From the NCBI GenBank assembly GCA_951406725.2, contig OX597835.1, forward strand, positions 39,804,001-39,868,000: 64,000 nt of DNA, in the 5' to 3' direction. Shown one piece after another: positions 44,820 through 57,667 of the stretch. How positions within the stretch are numbered: position 1 is the first letter of the stretch; each line of letters opens with the position of its first letter. The DNA comes from Octopus vulgaris. Lineage: Eukaryota. A program made the translations under genes and the position numbers. Below the pieces are notes generated by a model that saw nothing but the letters and a program-made list of their open reading frames with translations, did not search any database and was not told the origin of the DNA.

Positions 44820-46434
44820 GTGGTTGCGGTGAAACGGTTGAGGATGAAAGCCATGGAAAAGAGGCTGATGTACAAGCGGACACGGGCCACCTCGCATCAT
44901 GATGGTGATGCTGGGGTAAAAAATGTGAAACTGTCGCTGAGGCAGCGGCGTCCGAAGGGTGGTTATATCGCAGAACATTGCTACTCGGTTTGCTTAGAAT
45001 CCCAGCCACACTAAACGAGTGGACAGACGAGGCGGACGACGGAGAGGACGAAGAGTGGGGCGAACCCGCAGTCGCCGTCACGGCACCCGGACCACCCACA
45101 CAACTGTCCTCGGCCAACAGCCTGTTATTAGTAGTAGTTGTACTATTGTTATTGTTGTTGTTGTTGTTGTTGGTTGTGTTTGTGGTGGTGGTTGTGGTGG
45201 TTGGTGAACTGTTGTTGAGAGCAGCGACGTGTTTTGAGATGCTGTTCTGTTCGTCGTTGTGGAGGTCTTCATCAAGTCCACTAGTAAAGTGATGGCTGTT
45301 TTTATTGTTGTTGTTGTTGTTGCTATTGTTGTTGTGTAAGTGATGGTGGTGGTGGTGGTGGTGGTGATGGTGGTTATGAAGGTGTTGAGAATGACTGTTG
45401 AAGTTGCTGTTACTGTTTGCGTTGTTGTTGTGATGGTGGTGGTGGTGGAGTAGGTGGTGGTGTCCTTTGTTATTGTTATTGTTGTTGTGATTGCTGCCAA
45501 TATGGCTGCTATTGTTATCCGACGTGGCGATGATCGAATCGACGCTAAAGCGTATCGATTCCTTGCCCGGCGGTGGCAGCGGACTTTGATGAATGGCCAC
45601 ATAGGAAATTGAACCCGGCACCGGAACCACCGGTAAGGGCGCCATTGGCGTCGGCGTCGATGTCGGTGACGAATCCGGTGACATTGACGAATCAGCAACA
45701 GATGAGGCCGACGACGAAATCGAACTCGTATCGCCGATATTCACATCAATCATTGTCGGACTACTGTTGTTGGTGTTGTTATTGTTGTTGTTGTTGCTAA
45801 GGTAGAGTTCCGAAGACGATGACAACGACGACGAAGATGGCGTCATCATCGTTGTCGTCGTCGTCGTCGTCGTCGTCGTTGTCATAGCTTTGTTACTGTT
45901 GTTGTTGTTATTACTGTTATTACTACTACCACTAACATTACTACAACTACTACTACTACTATTACTACTACTACAACCGCCACCGATCGTAGTCGAACCA
46001 TTCACAAGCACACCACTGCAAACAATACCACCACTACCGCCGCCACCACTACTACTACTACTATTACTACTATTGCTGCTACAACTACCACCACTACTAC
46101 CACTGCTACTACTATTTCCACAACCACTACTGCCACCAACACCGCCACCGCCACCACTACCGCCACTGACACTGCCACCACCAGTACCACTTCCACTACA
46201 GCCGACGTCAATATGAGCGACCAGTAGTGGTGACCCGGTTGCCGAGGTTAAGGACGAACCCGTAACCATTCTCTTTGTACTGTTGGCATCGTTCTGTTGT
46301 TGTTGTAAGTGGTGGTGATGGTGGTGGTTGTTGCTATTGTTGTTGTTGTTGGTATTGTTGTTGTTGTTAGCAAATGAACTGGTCGGTTTGCTAAACGCCG
46401 ATGTATTGCTCGTTGATAACGTCGTTTTCAACAT
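44820..46434 (-). CDS. Msx: First coding exon (538 codons + 1 nt) of an ANTP/NK-class homeobox repressor, most likely Msx; homeodomain exon not seen in window
   Basis: 546-aa ORF, the longest in the track. Two eh1 (Groucho-binding) motifs: FSVDSII at 45549-45529 and FSVAGIL at 45015-44995. FPW at 44859-44851 is followed by SSSTVSPQP and a canonical donor C|GTAAGT (intron starts 44819, phase 1). Two eh1 motifs, a PW motif and SPxP-R just before an intron upstream of the homeobox match the known Msx layout (cf. Msx1 PWMQSPRFSPPPAR). Tlx/Emx-type genes are less likely alternatives. Start codon uncertain because several in-frame Met lie downstream. Confidence 0.68.
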
Positions 46435-46540
46435 ATTGTTATAAATATATGACAGACTGTTTCCTGATATTTTTCTTCTTCAGTGGGGGTTGTGTGAAAT
46501 TAAAGGTTTGTGCGTGTGTATATAAATTTGTCAGTGTGTT

Positions 46541-46772
46541 TTCAACCCCAGGTCAGCCCTGATCGTGCAGACCTATGGTCAGAAGGCATTCCAGCCTTGA
46601 CCATCGTGATTTTTCTTTATGTATAAGCGACTAGACTACATTATTTAATTTCTTTCGTTTAGGGGTTGTTTTTTGGGGGTGTTTTTTTTTCTAGATAGTA
46701 GGATGTGATATGGGGAAAATTTTGGTTGCTGCTTTTAGCAGCTCAGCCGGCCACGTAGAGAGGCTGGTCCCC
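46541..46772. repeat. Old dispersed repeat family E (copies at about 14070-14235, 46541-46772, 50055-50280, 54505-54725)
   Basis: Shared blocks TCCA(G/A)C.(G/T)TGACC and G(C/T)(T/C)GCT(A/G).T about 130-150 bp apart; same orientation in all four copies. Confidence 0.6.
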
Positions 46773-46887
46773 TCACTGATTTGAATATTGGGGTCAAAAC
46801 ACAAACCCCTACAAACACCTACTGTACTCCCTATTTTTACATGTGAAAATGTAGCTTATCAACTGAACAAGAAACATCGTCAGTATC

Positions 46888-46934
<47 letters not shown>

Positions 46935-47233
46935 ACAATAGAAATTAAATTTCTTTTTCTTTTTTTTTAAATTATGCTTCCGACGTATGAATCTGTGTGC
47001 ACGCTAATTATGTGTTCGTGTTGTTTGAATGTGTATTTTGCGCGCGTATGTATGTATGTGTATGTATTTGTGTGTTTGCGTGTGTGTGTGTATGTATGTA
47101 TGTGTGTGTAAGGAATTTGTGGAAGAATGTGAAGAATTATTTCATATATCACATGTAATAAAACCTTACATTGAACAAGCTGTGTGAGTGGAAGAACATG
47201 GAAATAAATTTTTGTTATGTAAGAAGGTAATGA

Positions 47234-47270
<37 letters not shown>

Positions 47271-47666
47271 TTCAAATATATATATAATTTTTTTGGGGGG
47301 GATCTTCAGGTCAAAGAAAGAAACAGAATAATATTCCTTGTTAGAATACACTGGAGTGAAATCCTTAGAATTAGGTCGTTTTGGAAAATAACTTTTCTTT
47401 TGATCTTTGCTTTTGTTTTTATTTCTGTCCGTCACTTTCCTGGCTTTTTGGATGTTTTATATATATGAGAGAGACATATATAGAAATTGTATATTTTTTT
47501 CTTCGGATTATTTCTCTTTTAGTTTTGCCATCATTTGGTACCACTTAGTATTGTGTTCGTGTTTGTGTCGTTGCCATTCCATCAATATAAACAATTCCAA
47601 GATCATAGCAGATATTCCAGAATTTTTCAAAAGGCAAATGAATATAAAATACTTGTTGTTGAAGCG

Positions 47667-47728
<62 letters not shown>

Positions 47729-49145
47729 TGGGTTTTTAATTTCAGCAGAGGGTAAAAGTAAAAGTTATTGAGAGCGGAGAAAAGATATATTACTCGGTTA
47801 TATCGGTTACCTCCGTAAATAACTGGTATGTATGGTATCGAGCCCGGAAGTTGAATAATAAACAACAACAACAAGAATGGAACTAAATTATATTTGTATT
47901 AAATTAATTTTAAAAAATTATTTGTCTTCAGAATGAAACAAGGCAACGACTTCATTGAAAATTGAAGGCTCCGAGAGCCCTTAGAAAACAAAATCAACAT
48001 CATCTGTTTACCATTATCTTTATTATTAATTATTATTATTAATCAATATTATCATCATCATTAATTGTTGTTATCGTGCCGTTGCGTCAAATTTCTTTTC
48101 GGCATTTTTTAAAAATTACGCGTGCATACATATGTGACGTTTGCATCAAGGAGATATATATATATATAATTATATATACATATATATCTTCATATATATG
48201 ATATATATATAATATACATTTCTTAGTAAGAAAGATGGAATTTAATTTTGTTATTGTAAACGTACGGTTGTTATAAACGTATATGTTTCAATCAGATGTA
48301 ATATATAATATATATTTTCTTTACCTCTTTACATTTAAAAAGAAACTTTTTCTCTTCTTTTTTATATATCGTGTTCCCTTTTCTTTTCGATATCTCTTGT
48401 AGGGTTGGTTAATCCTTTAAAATGGTAAATAAAAAACCAAGCGATTCAGGAGTGATTTTATTCATAATCACGGATTGGTAGAAATTATCATTTTTCATAG
48501 AGCAAATATTGTGAATAGAGAAAAGAGAGAGAAAACGGGAAAAAAAAAAAAAAAAATCTGCGAGCAAGCGACAGACAGACAGACAGAAAAGTAAAAAGAT
48601 AGAAAGAAAGAAGGAGGGATCGACGACGATAATTTCCGAGATCAAATCCAGCTGTGTTCCTTCGTACTTCCCGCACACAGAGAAAGAGATCGACAGGAGA
48701 TCGATAAAATCAAATCAACGATAGGAAAAAAATAATAACATCGATGCAATAAGATGTTGATCGTAAAAACAAAAATCTCCTTAATTTTCTGGGCTTTTTT
48801 TTTTCCTTTAAGAAATCGCGTTTTTCCGGCAATAGAAATTATGCATCATAGCGCTTGTTATTGTTGTTGTTATTATTGTAGGAGTAGTAGTAGTAGTAGT
48901 CAATGTTGACATCAATAATTAATTAATGACGTTGCTGTTGTTGTTGTTGGTGGTGATGGCGGTGGCGGTGGCGATCGCGAGGTCGTTGTGGTTTGTTCGT
49001 GTTTAATATTCCCTCCGTGTTTTTGTTGATAATTTTCGTGGTGGCGGTTAATTTTTACGTCCTCTTCTGCTGAAATCAAAAGCAAATTACTGCTTTTGTT
49101 GTTGTTGTTGTAATAGTAGTAGTAATAGTAGTAGCAGTAGTAGTA

Positions 49146-49182
<37 letters not shown>

Positions 49183-50467
49183 TGATAATAATAATAATAA
49201 TAGTTGTAATAATAGTAGTAGTTGTTCTTGTTTTTTTTTATAGTGTTGTTTTCTCCTGTGAATGTTTGGAACTGCTGCTGTTGTTGTTACGGTTAACTAT
49301 TGCTACTGCTACTACTACTACTACTGCTGCTGTCGTTGCTGCTGCTGCTGCTGTTCTCACGGCTGCTGCTACTGCTGCTGCTGCTGCTGCTGCTGCTGTC
49401 AAAAGCAACAATTCCACAACAATTTACTAACAATCCAAAACAAATAATCAACTACAGATGTATCAATATCGGAATGATATCGATACAACACGCTTCCAAA
49501 AGAACAACAACAACAACAACAGCAACAACAACAACAACAAACAACAATTACGGCGACGACGACGACGGCGACGCGATCGAAAAAAAAAAATGGCAGCAAA
49601 TTCGAAACAGTTTTTCCTTGGCCAAGATGTCTTCTTTCTTCAAATGTGTTGAAACTGTTGTCTGGGTAAGTGTTGTAGTGGTTGTGATGTGTTGGTGGTA
49701 GTGCCGACGATGCGGTGTAGTGCGGTGGAAGTGGTGCGGAAGCGGTGCTTACTGCTGCTACTACTACTACTACTATTGCTACCACTACCGCTGCTGCTGC
49801 TGCTGCTGCTGCTACTACCACTGCTACTGCTGCAGGTGGCGGCGGCGCTGCTGGTGTGAAAGTAGCGCGATGGCGCTACTGCTGCTGGTCATGGTGTGTC
49901 AGCGATGTTGTTGTCAGTGGTGGTGGTGGTGGTGGCGATGGCAATGTTGTAGCAGGAGCTGCTACTAGTAGTAGTAGTAGTAGTAGAGTGGTGGTGGAGG
50001 CGGTGATGGTGGTGGTCGTCGTAACGTTATTTTTGTGTTTTTCTTGATGTTGTTTATCCAGCCCCGTCTTCAACCCAGATTGAGTTGACTTTATAATCAA
50101 AGCTATTCCAACCGTGACCCTCTCGTCTCTTTCTTTTCGAGGACATACATTTCCGCCGCCCCCTTTTCTTTTTCCTTTCCTATTTATTTCTTTTAAGATA
50201 AGTTAAAACGATGAGATGAAAGAACGGAATTTCGCTGCTATTTCTACCAGGTCTATGTAACCTCGCAAAGCCCCCTTCGGATTGTTGTGGTGTAGAGATA
50301 TTATTAGTGTGTTTAAGTAGAAGTTGTTATTGTTGTCGTTGTTGTTGTTATTACAGTGAAATATTAATACACATTTTCCAAAACACAAAAAAAAAACAAA
50401 ATTGAAAAAATACATTTACATAAAAAAAAGATCAGACGCAAGAATATTTAGTAGACGTTTGTATATG

Positions 50468-50536
<69 letters not shown>

Positions 50537-50553
50537 ATATATATATGTATGTG

Positions 50554-50584
<31 letters not shown>

Positions 50585-50585
50585 T

Positions 50586-50628
<43 letters not shown>

Positions 50629-50739
50629 ATATATATATATATATATATATAGACGTGCGAGTGTGTATTTGTGAAATGCGTGTGTATATTATTTATACAT
50701 GTTTATGTTTGCATATGTGTTTGTATGGAAGTACATTCA

Positions 50740-50886
50740 TAACCGATGCTGGTGTGTTTACGTCCCCTTGACTTAGCGATAGAATAAGTGCTTAGCTTGC
50801 AAAGAATAAGTCCTGGGTTCGATTTGCTCGACTAAATGCGGTGCTCCAGCATAGCCGCAGTCAAATGACTGAAACAAGTAAAAGAA
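50740..50886 (+). mobile_element. SINE family A 3' half
   Basis: AACCGATGCTGGTGTG...CAGTCAAATGACTGAAAC. Confidence 0.8.
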
Positions 50887-51514
50887 TATATATATATATA
50901 TATATATAAATTCAGTTATTATTACGTTTATAAATATACGAATGTGTGTATGTGTGTGTGTGTGTATGTATATATATATATATATATATAGACGTGCGAG
51001 TGTGTATGTGTGTGTGTGTGTGTTTATATATGGGTGTATCTGTGTGAATGTATGTATAAGTACATTGAAACAGTGTATGTGATTGTATATGCGAGTGAGT
51101 ACGGCGTGTGTATTGATTAAAAAAAAACACAACACAACAAAGTGCGAAATCACAGCCCTAGACTCAAGAATTAATAAAAAAATAACTACCGCATTTCTTC
51201 AGCATTTGCCGTTTGCCGTTATACGGGTGTTTGGGGATGAAACGGCTGAGTACTTGGCTGGGTGTAAGGTATATGTTAGGGTCAGACGTTGAAGGGAGCG
51301 ATGTGATAGGACTTGTTTATTGTCCAAAGTTTATTATACGTGCAGCCCTAAGCAGTCTCCGTGTTTTATGGAATTTTTCGTTGTTAAAATTTATATTGTA
51401 ATCGTTTGTAACTGTTTGCACACCTCTATTTATGTGACCCCCACATTAAATCTTCTTGTAGCGTCCCTAATATTTTCTGTGAACCCTTAATGGTGCATAG
51501 AGAAAACATAGGCA

Positions 51515-52860
51515 GGTAGAAACGTTAGCACGCCGGGCAAAATGCTTAGCGGTATTTCGTCTGCCGTTACGTTCTGAGTTCAAATTCCGCCGAGGTCGAC
51601 TTTGCTTTTCATCATTTCGGGGTCAATTAAATAAGTACCAGTTACACACTGGGGTCGATATAATCGACTTAATCCGTTTGTCTGTCCTTGTTTGTCCTCT
51701 CTGTGTTTAGCCCCTTGTGGGTAGTTAAGAAATAAGTATTTCGCCCGTCGCTACGTTCTAATTTCAAATTCCGCCGAGGTCGACTTTGCTTTCATTTTTT
51801 CGGGGTCGATAAATTAAGTCCCAGTAAAACACTGGGGTCGATGTAATCGACTTAATCCTCTTCCCCAAATTGCCTTTGTGGCAAAAATTTGAAACCATTA
51901 TGATTATTATCATTGTGAGCTTCCCAAGGCGGACGAGCTGGTAGAATCGTTACCGCGCAGGGCAAAATGCCTAGCGGTATTTCGTCCGTCTTTACTATCT
52001 GGGTTCAAATTCCACCGAAGTCGACTTTGCTTTTCATTCTTTCGTGGTCGATAAAATAAGTACCAGTTACATACTGGGGTCGATCTAATTGACTCATCCC
52101 CTCCCCCAAAATTGCTGCCCTTGTGGCAAAATTTGAAATCATAGCTGGCAGAATCGTTAGCACGCTGGACGAAATGCTGAGCGGTATTTCGTCTGCCGCT
52201 ACGTTCTGAGTTCAAATTCCGCCGAGGTCGACTTTGCCTTTCATCCTTTCGTGGTCGATAAATTAAGTACCAGTTACGTATTGGGGTCGATATAATCGAC
52301 TTGATCCGTTTGTCTGTCTTTGTTTGTCCTCTCTGTGTTTAGTCCTTTGTGGGTAGTAAAGAAATAGGTTTTTCGCCCGCTGCTACGTCCTGAGTTCAAA
52401 CTCCGCCGAGGTTGTCTTTGCCTTTCATCCTTTCGGGGTCGATTAAATTAAGTCCTAGCGAAACACTGGAGTCGATAAAATCGACTAGACCCCCAACCCT
52501 AAAATTTCAGTCCTTGAACCTTTTGTAGAAAGGACTATTATTATTAAGGCGACGAGCTGGCAGTATCGTTAGCACGTTGGACGAAATGCTTAGCGGTATT
52601 TCGGCCGTCGCTATGTTCTGAGTTCAAATTCCGCCGAGGTCGACTTTGCCTTTCATCCTTCCGGGATTGGTAACATAAGTAGCAGCTGAGCACAGGTGTC
52701 GATGTAATCGACTAGCCCTCTCCTCTGGATTTGCTGGCCTTGTACCAAATTTGTAACCATTCTTATAATTATTATTATAAGGATCACAGCCCCAAGGCGA
52801 CGAGCTGGCAGAGTCGTTAGCACGCCAGACAATTACTTAGCGGCATTTGAGTTCAAATTT
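51515..52860 (+). mobile_element. Head-to-tail array of about 7 units of tRNA-derived SINE family B
   Basis: B-box-like (GAG)TTCAAATTCCGCCGAGGTCGAC recurs at about 51578, 51762, 52001, 52209, 52393, 52620 and, truncated, 52849. Each full unit carries GCCTTTCATCCTTTCGGGGTCGATAAATTAAGTACCAG (resembles the Meta/MESC SINE central domain as I recall it). Confidence 0.9.
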
Positions 52861-53141
52861 TGGCTTTGTTCCTAATAGAAAGGGTTATTTTTATTTTTAT
52901 TATTGGTGAAGAACGAAGTCGGAAACAAGCCAACAGTCACATGCTGAGTCCCAGTAGAATTGTGTCTCTTATCTAGCGGCTCGGCAAATGACGTCGATAG
53001 AATATATATCAGACTTTAAAAAAAAAATTTTAATAATCAAAGGAATCGGCTTATCCGACTGAAGTTTTCACCAGTAGGGCTCCAGCATGGTCTTACTCGT
53101 TAACTGAAAAAAGTAAAAGAAGATACTACATATATATGTGT

Positions 53142-53192
<51 letters not shown>

Positions 53193-53202
53193 TTGTTTGT
53201 AA

Positions 53203-53250
<48 letters not shown>

Positions 53251-53687
53251 CTTATAAGGGCTGAAGTCCTTATAGAGCCGACTAAATTGATCCAAATACT
53301 TGACTGGTACTTTGTGTTTTTTTTTCCAAGTCCAAAGTGATATATAAGAAAAGGAAAGTTGATCTCGTCGGGATTTGAACTCGGAACGTAAAACAACGAA
53401 ACCCTACTTCAAGATATTTTCCGACGTTTTCGGATTCTACCAACCCAAAGCACCCATATCTGGGATTGAACTTCACCAAACACTTGGTCCGGCGTGCTAC
53501 CCAATAATACATACACACACACACACAGACCAGTTGAATAAATTTAAAACATGGTCTGGTTTTCACGTTTTTTATTATTAACTTTATTCAACTGATATAT
53601 ATATATTCAACACACATTTACACAAATACGAAAAAATATATATACATATATACGCTAGCGGGCACACACACACGCACATATGTATAT

Positions 53688-53969
53688 ATCACCGTGACCG
53701 ACCAGGCTATCAGATGTTGCTACACATCGCTGGTCACAATGCGCTTCGCATTGTTTTAGCCTTCAAATGACGCTACCCCGCTGGCTAAGCGAGCAGGCCA
53801 ACAGAAGAAAGAGTGAGAGAAAGTTATGGCGAAAGAGTACAGCAGAGTACGCCACCACCCACTGCCGGAGCCTCGTGGAGCTTTAGGTGTTTTCGCTCAC
53901 TAAACACGACCGGTCTGGAAATCGAAACCGCGAGTCCGCTGCCCTAACCACTGGGCCATTGCGTCTCCA
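53688..53969 (-). mobile_element. tRNA-derived SINE, head C plus tail 1
   Basis: Head and body match 57219-57410; the different tail is also present at 54296-54413. Confidence 0.85.
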
Positions 53970-53989
53970 CACATATATATATGTGTATG

Positions 53990-54129
<140 letters not shown>

Positions 54130-54137
54130 ATTCAGAC

Positions 54138-54179
<42 letters not shown>

Positions 54180-54295
54180 GTATATATATATATAAAGTTA
54201 ATCCAAACAAGAAAGCAAAAACAAAAAATCAACAACGCAAGGACGTGGAAGCAAATAAAGTATTATTGGACGCTCAGGAAAGAAGGGAAATATAT

Positions 54296-54412
54296 TGGCC
54301 TGCTCGCTTAGCCAGCGAGGTGGCGTCATTTGAAGGCTAAAACAATGCGAAGCGCATTGTGACCAGCGATGTGTAGCAACATCTGATAGCCTGGTCCGTC
54401 ACAGTCACAGTG

Positions 54413-54413
<1 letters not shown>
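54296..54413 (+). mobile_element. Isolated tail 1 (5'-truncated SINE/LINE end)
   Basis: About 115-bp inverted match to 53688-53800. Confidence 0.8.
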
Positions 54414-54476
<63 letters not shown>

Positions 54477-54764
54477 TGCGAGTGATGTTCTGTTTGATTT
54501 TGTCGTGTATGCTCAGGAGGTAAACCCCGATCGTTAAGCCGATCTTTGATCGAATGTGTTCCAGCGGTGACCATCGCACCTTCCGTTTTCGTACATCCGT
54601 AAACGGTAGTAGTGATGGAACTATTTTCGCCCGGAGTAACCTTTATTTTTCGAAAATAACAAAAGCTCCAGACCGCTTTGGAGGGAGACGTAGCTGCTAT
54701 TTCACTTCCTCCGGTTCTCACGTCTTCCTAAGGCAACCCCCGCCGCCGCCGTTGTTTTTGTTGT

Positions 54765-54795
<31 letters not shown>

Positions 54796-55178
54796 AGAGG
54801 TGGTGGTGGTGATGGTAGTGGTGGTGGCAGTAGTGGAGTAGGAGGAGGTGGCGGCGGCAGTAGTGATCATGAGGAAAGGGGGGAGAGGTATGAATTTTGT
54901 TCTTTTTAGTTTTACTCGTCGATGCTCTTGTTGTTGTTGCGGTTGTTGTTTTTCTTGTTTTTTGCAGTATTTCGTAGTTCATTCTATTGCAATGCGGGAT
55001 GGGGGGGGGTCGGGGGGGGGGCAAATGAACACGAAATGGGGAGAGGGGAGGTGGGAGGAAATACTAAAATAACAAAAACATAACAATTATCAGCTTGTCG
55101 ACTGTTAATTGCATTATATATACCTACATACGAATATATATGTAAATATATATATAAATACATATATATACATATATC

Positions 55179-55214
<36 letters not shown>

Positions 55215-55242
55215 TGCATATATATATATATATGCACCTAAT

Positions 55243-55278
<36 letters not shown>

Positions 55279-55279
55279 T

Positions 55280-55702
55280 TTTTTTACTTGTTTTTGTCAT
55301 TTGACTGCGGCTATGCTGGTGCACCACCTTTCAGTCGAAGAAATCGACCAAGGACTTAATCATTAGATAAATAGAACTTATTCTATCAGTCGCTTTTGCC
55401 GAATTATTAAGTTACAGGGACATAAACACACCAACATCGGTTGTCAAACGATGATGGGGAACAAAAACAGACGTACACACACACACACACACACACGCAT
55501 AGACCTATTCAGTTTCACATAAATATATACACAAAAACATATATACACGACGGGTTCCCTTTCAGTTTCCATTTACCAAATCCACTCACAAGGCTTTGGT
55601 CGGCCTGAGGCTATAGCAGAAGACACTTGCCCAAGGTGCCTTGCAGTGGGACTGAACCTTAACCGTGTGGTTGGGAAGCAAGCTTCTTACCACATAGCCA
55701 TG

Positions 55703-55705
<3 letters not shown>
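55280..55705 (-). mobile_element. SINE family A copy
   Basis: Reverse-complement match from head to tail. Confidence 0.85.
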
Positions 55706-55737
<32 letters not shown>

Positions 55738-56346
55738 ACGTAATTGTATGTATATATATATATGTGTGTGTGGGTGTGTATATATATATATATATACACG
55801 TAATTGTATGTATGTATGTATGTATGTATGTATGTATGTATATGTGTGTGTATGTATATATATATATATATGCATGTAATTGTATGTATGTATGCTATAT
55901 ATATATATGTATATATATACATATACATATAAATATGTATATAGAATTATATATATATATATGTATATATATACGTATATGCACGTAATTGTATATATGT
56001 ACATATATATATTATTCTCTCTCTCTCTATATATATATATATGTGTGTGTGTATATATATATATACGCATACACATATATGTACATATGTATATGCATAT
56101 ATCCTACATACCTATTACTATGCATATATATGTATATGCTATACGTATATTTATATATATACACGCACACACATATTCATGCATGTATGTACGTGTGTAC
56201 GTGTGTGTGTGTATGTGTGTGTGTGTGTGTGATGAGCGGGAGGGAAGGAACGAACGAGCAAAGTAGACGAATTCTGGTTGGTCCTTTTCTTATGCCGCCG
56301 CCGCCGCCACCACGGAGCGACTAAAACTCGGCCCCCTTTGCGTGTA

Positions 56347-56377
56347 GGAAGGAAGTGACGTCACTTCATAAAACAAT
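56347..56377. promoter_or_regulatory. Candidate cis-regulatory element: ETS/CRE composite palindrome
   Basis: Perfect 16-bp palindrome GAAGTGACGTCACTTC (56352-56367) containing the CRE TGACGTCA, overlapped by GGAAGT, in a small unique GC-rich island about 10 kb upstream of the putative Msx ATG. Confidence 0.4.
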
Positions 56378-56576
56378 CGGTGGGGGGGGGGGGAAGAAGA
56401 ATGAAAGAAAGGAAAGAAGAAAAAGCACGCTCGCACACACACACAGACACAGACACACACACATAAAGACTCACAAGCATGTACGCACGGGCACACAAAC
56501 ACACACACACACACACTCAATAATAAACATGAAATATAAAATATATTTAAAGAGTAACACTAATATATTATGGTAA

Positions 56577-56904
<328 letters not shown>

Positions 56905-57089
56905 GTCAGTGTGTGTGTGTGTGTGTGTGTGTGTGCGTAAGTGAGTATATATGTATGCACGCATGTTTATACACACACAAACACACACACACACATACGT
57001 ACAGATCAACACACACAAACAATACTAATCGTTTAGTATAAGGAGAACCGAATAGGCTGACCCATAAAAGTGCATTATTTTCATGTTTA

Positions 57090-57147
<58 letters not shown>

Positions 57148-57218
57148 GAGAGAGAAAGAGTTTAATATGCATTGTTTGTTGTATGTGTGCGTTAACGTGT
57201 ATGTATATGGATGGATGT

Positions 57219-57556
57219 GGAGGCGCAATTGCCCAGTGGTTAGGGCAGCGGATTCGCGGTCGGACGATCGGGGTTTCGATTCCCAGTCCGGGCGTTGTGT
57301 GTGTTTATTGAGCGAAAACACCTAAATGCTCCACGAGGCTCCGGCAGGGGGTGGTGGCGACCCCTGTTCTACTCTTTCGCCCCAACTTTCTCTCACTCTC
57401 TCTTCCTATTTCTTGATTAAACGCTGCGATGGACTGGTGTCCCGTCCAGCTGGGGGGAACACATACGCCACAGAAACCGGGAAACCGGGCCCATGAGCCT
57501 GAAACCGGGAAACCGGGCCCATGAGCCTGGCTAGGCTTGAAAAAGGGCGCATAAAT
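57219..57556 (+). mobile_element. tRNA-derived SINE, head C plus tail 2
   Basis: GGCGCAATTGCCCAGTGGTTAGGGCAGCGG (A box) and GGTTTCGATTCCC (B box); tail ACGCTGCGATGGACTGG.GTCCCGTCCAG shared with 28563-28812; 28-bp tandem duplication at 57473-57528. Confidence 0.85.
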
Positions 57557-57667
57557 AAACAAAAACAAATATGGATGTATATATGCGTGTGTCAGTGTGT
57601 TAACTGTTCTTGCCCATGTGGTTTTCGGTGTCTGTATTAGTATGTATGAGTTTGTTATTGTAAACAT

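Noticed and set aside
49179-50100. Overlapping poly-A/T/C/V ORFs upstream of the exon
   Set aside because: Trinucleotide tracts open on both strands; no recognisable motif, so not called as CDS.
51515-52860. Regular repeat array superficially like CRISPR or a tRNA cluster
   Set aside because: Units are 180-240-bp SINEs also dispersed elsewhere; no unique spacers, no cas genes, no complete cloverleaf; eukaryotic context.
57219-57295. tRNA-like sequence (also 28563-28635 and others)
   Set aside because: A and B boxes run straight into SINE bodies and the acceptor stem is not intact; these are SINE heads.
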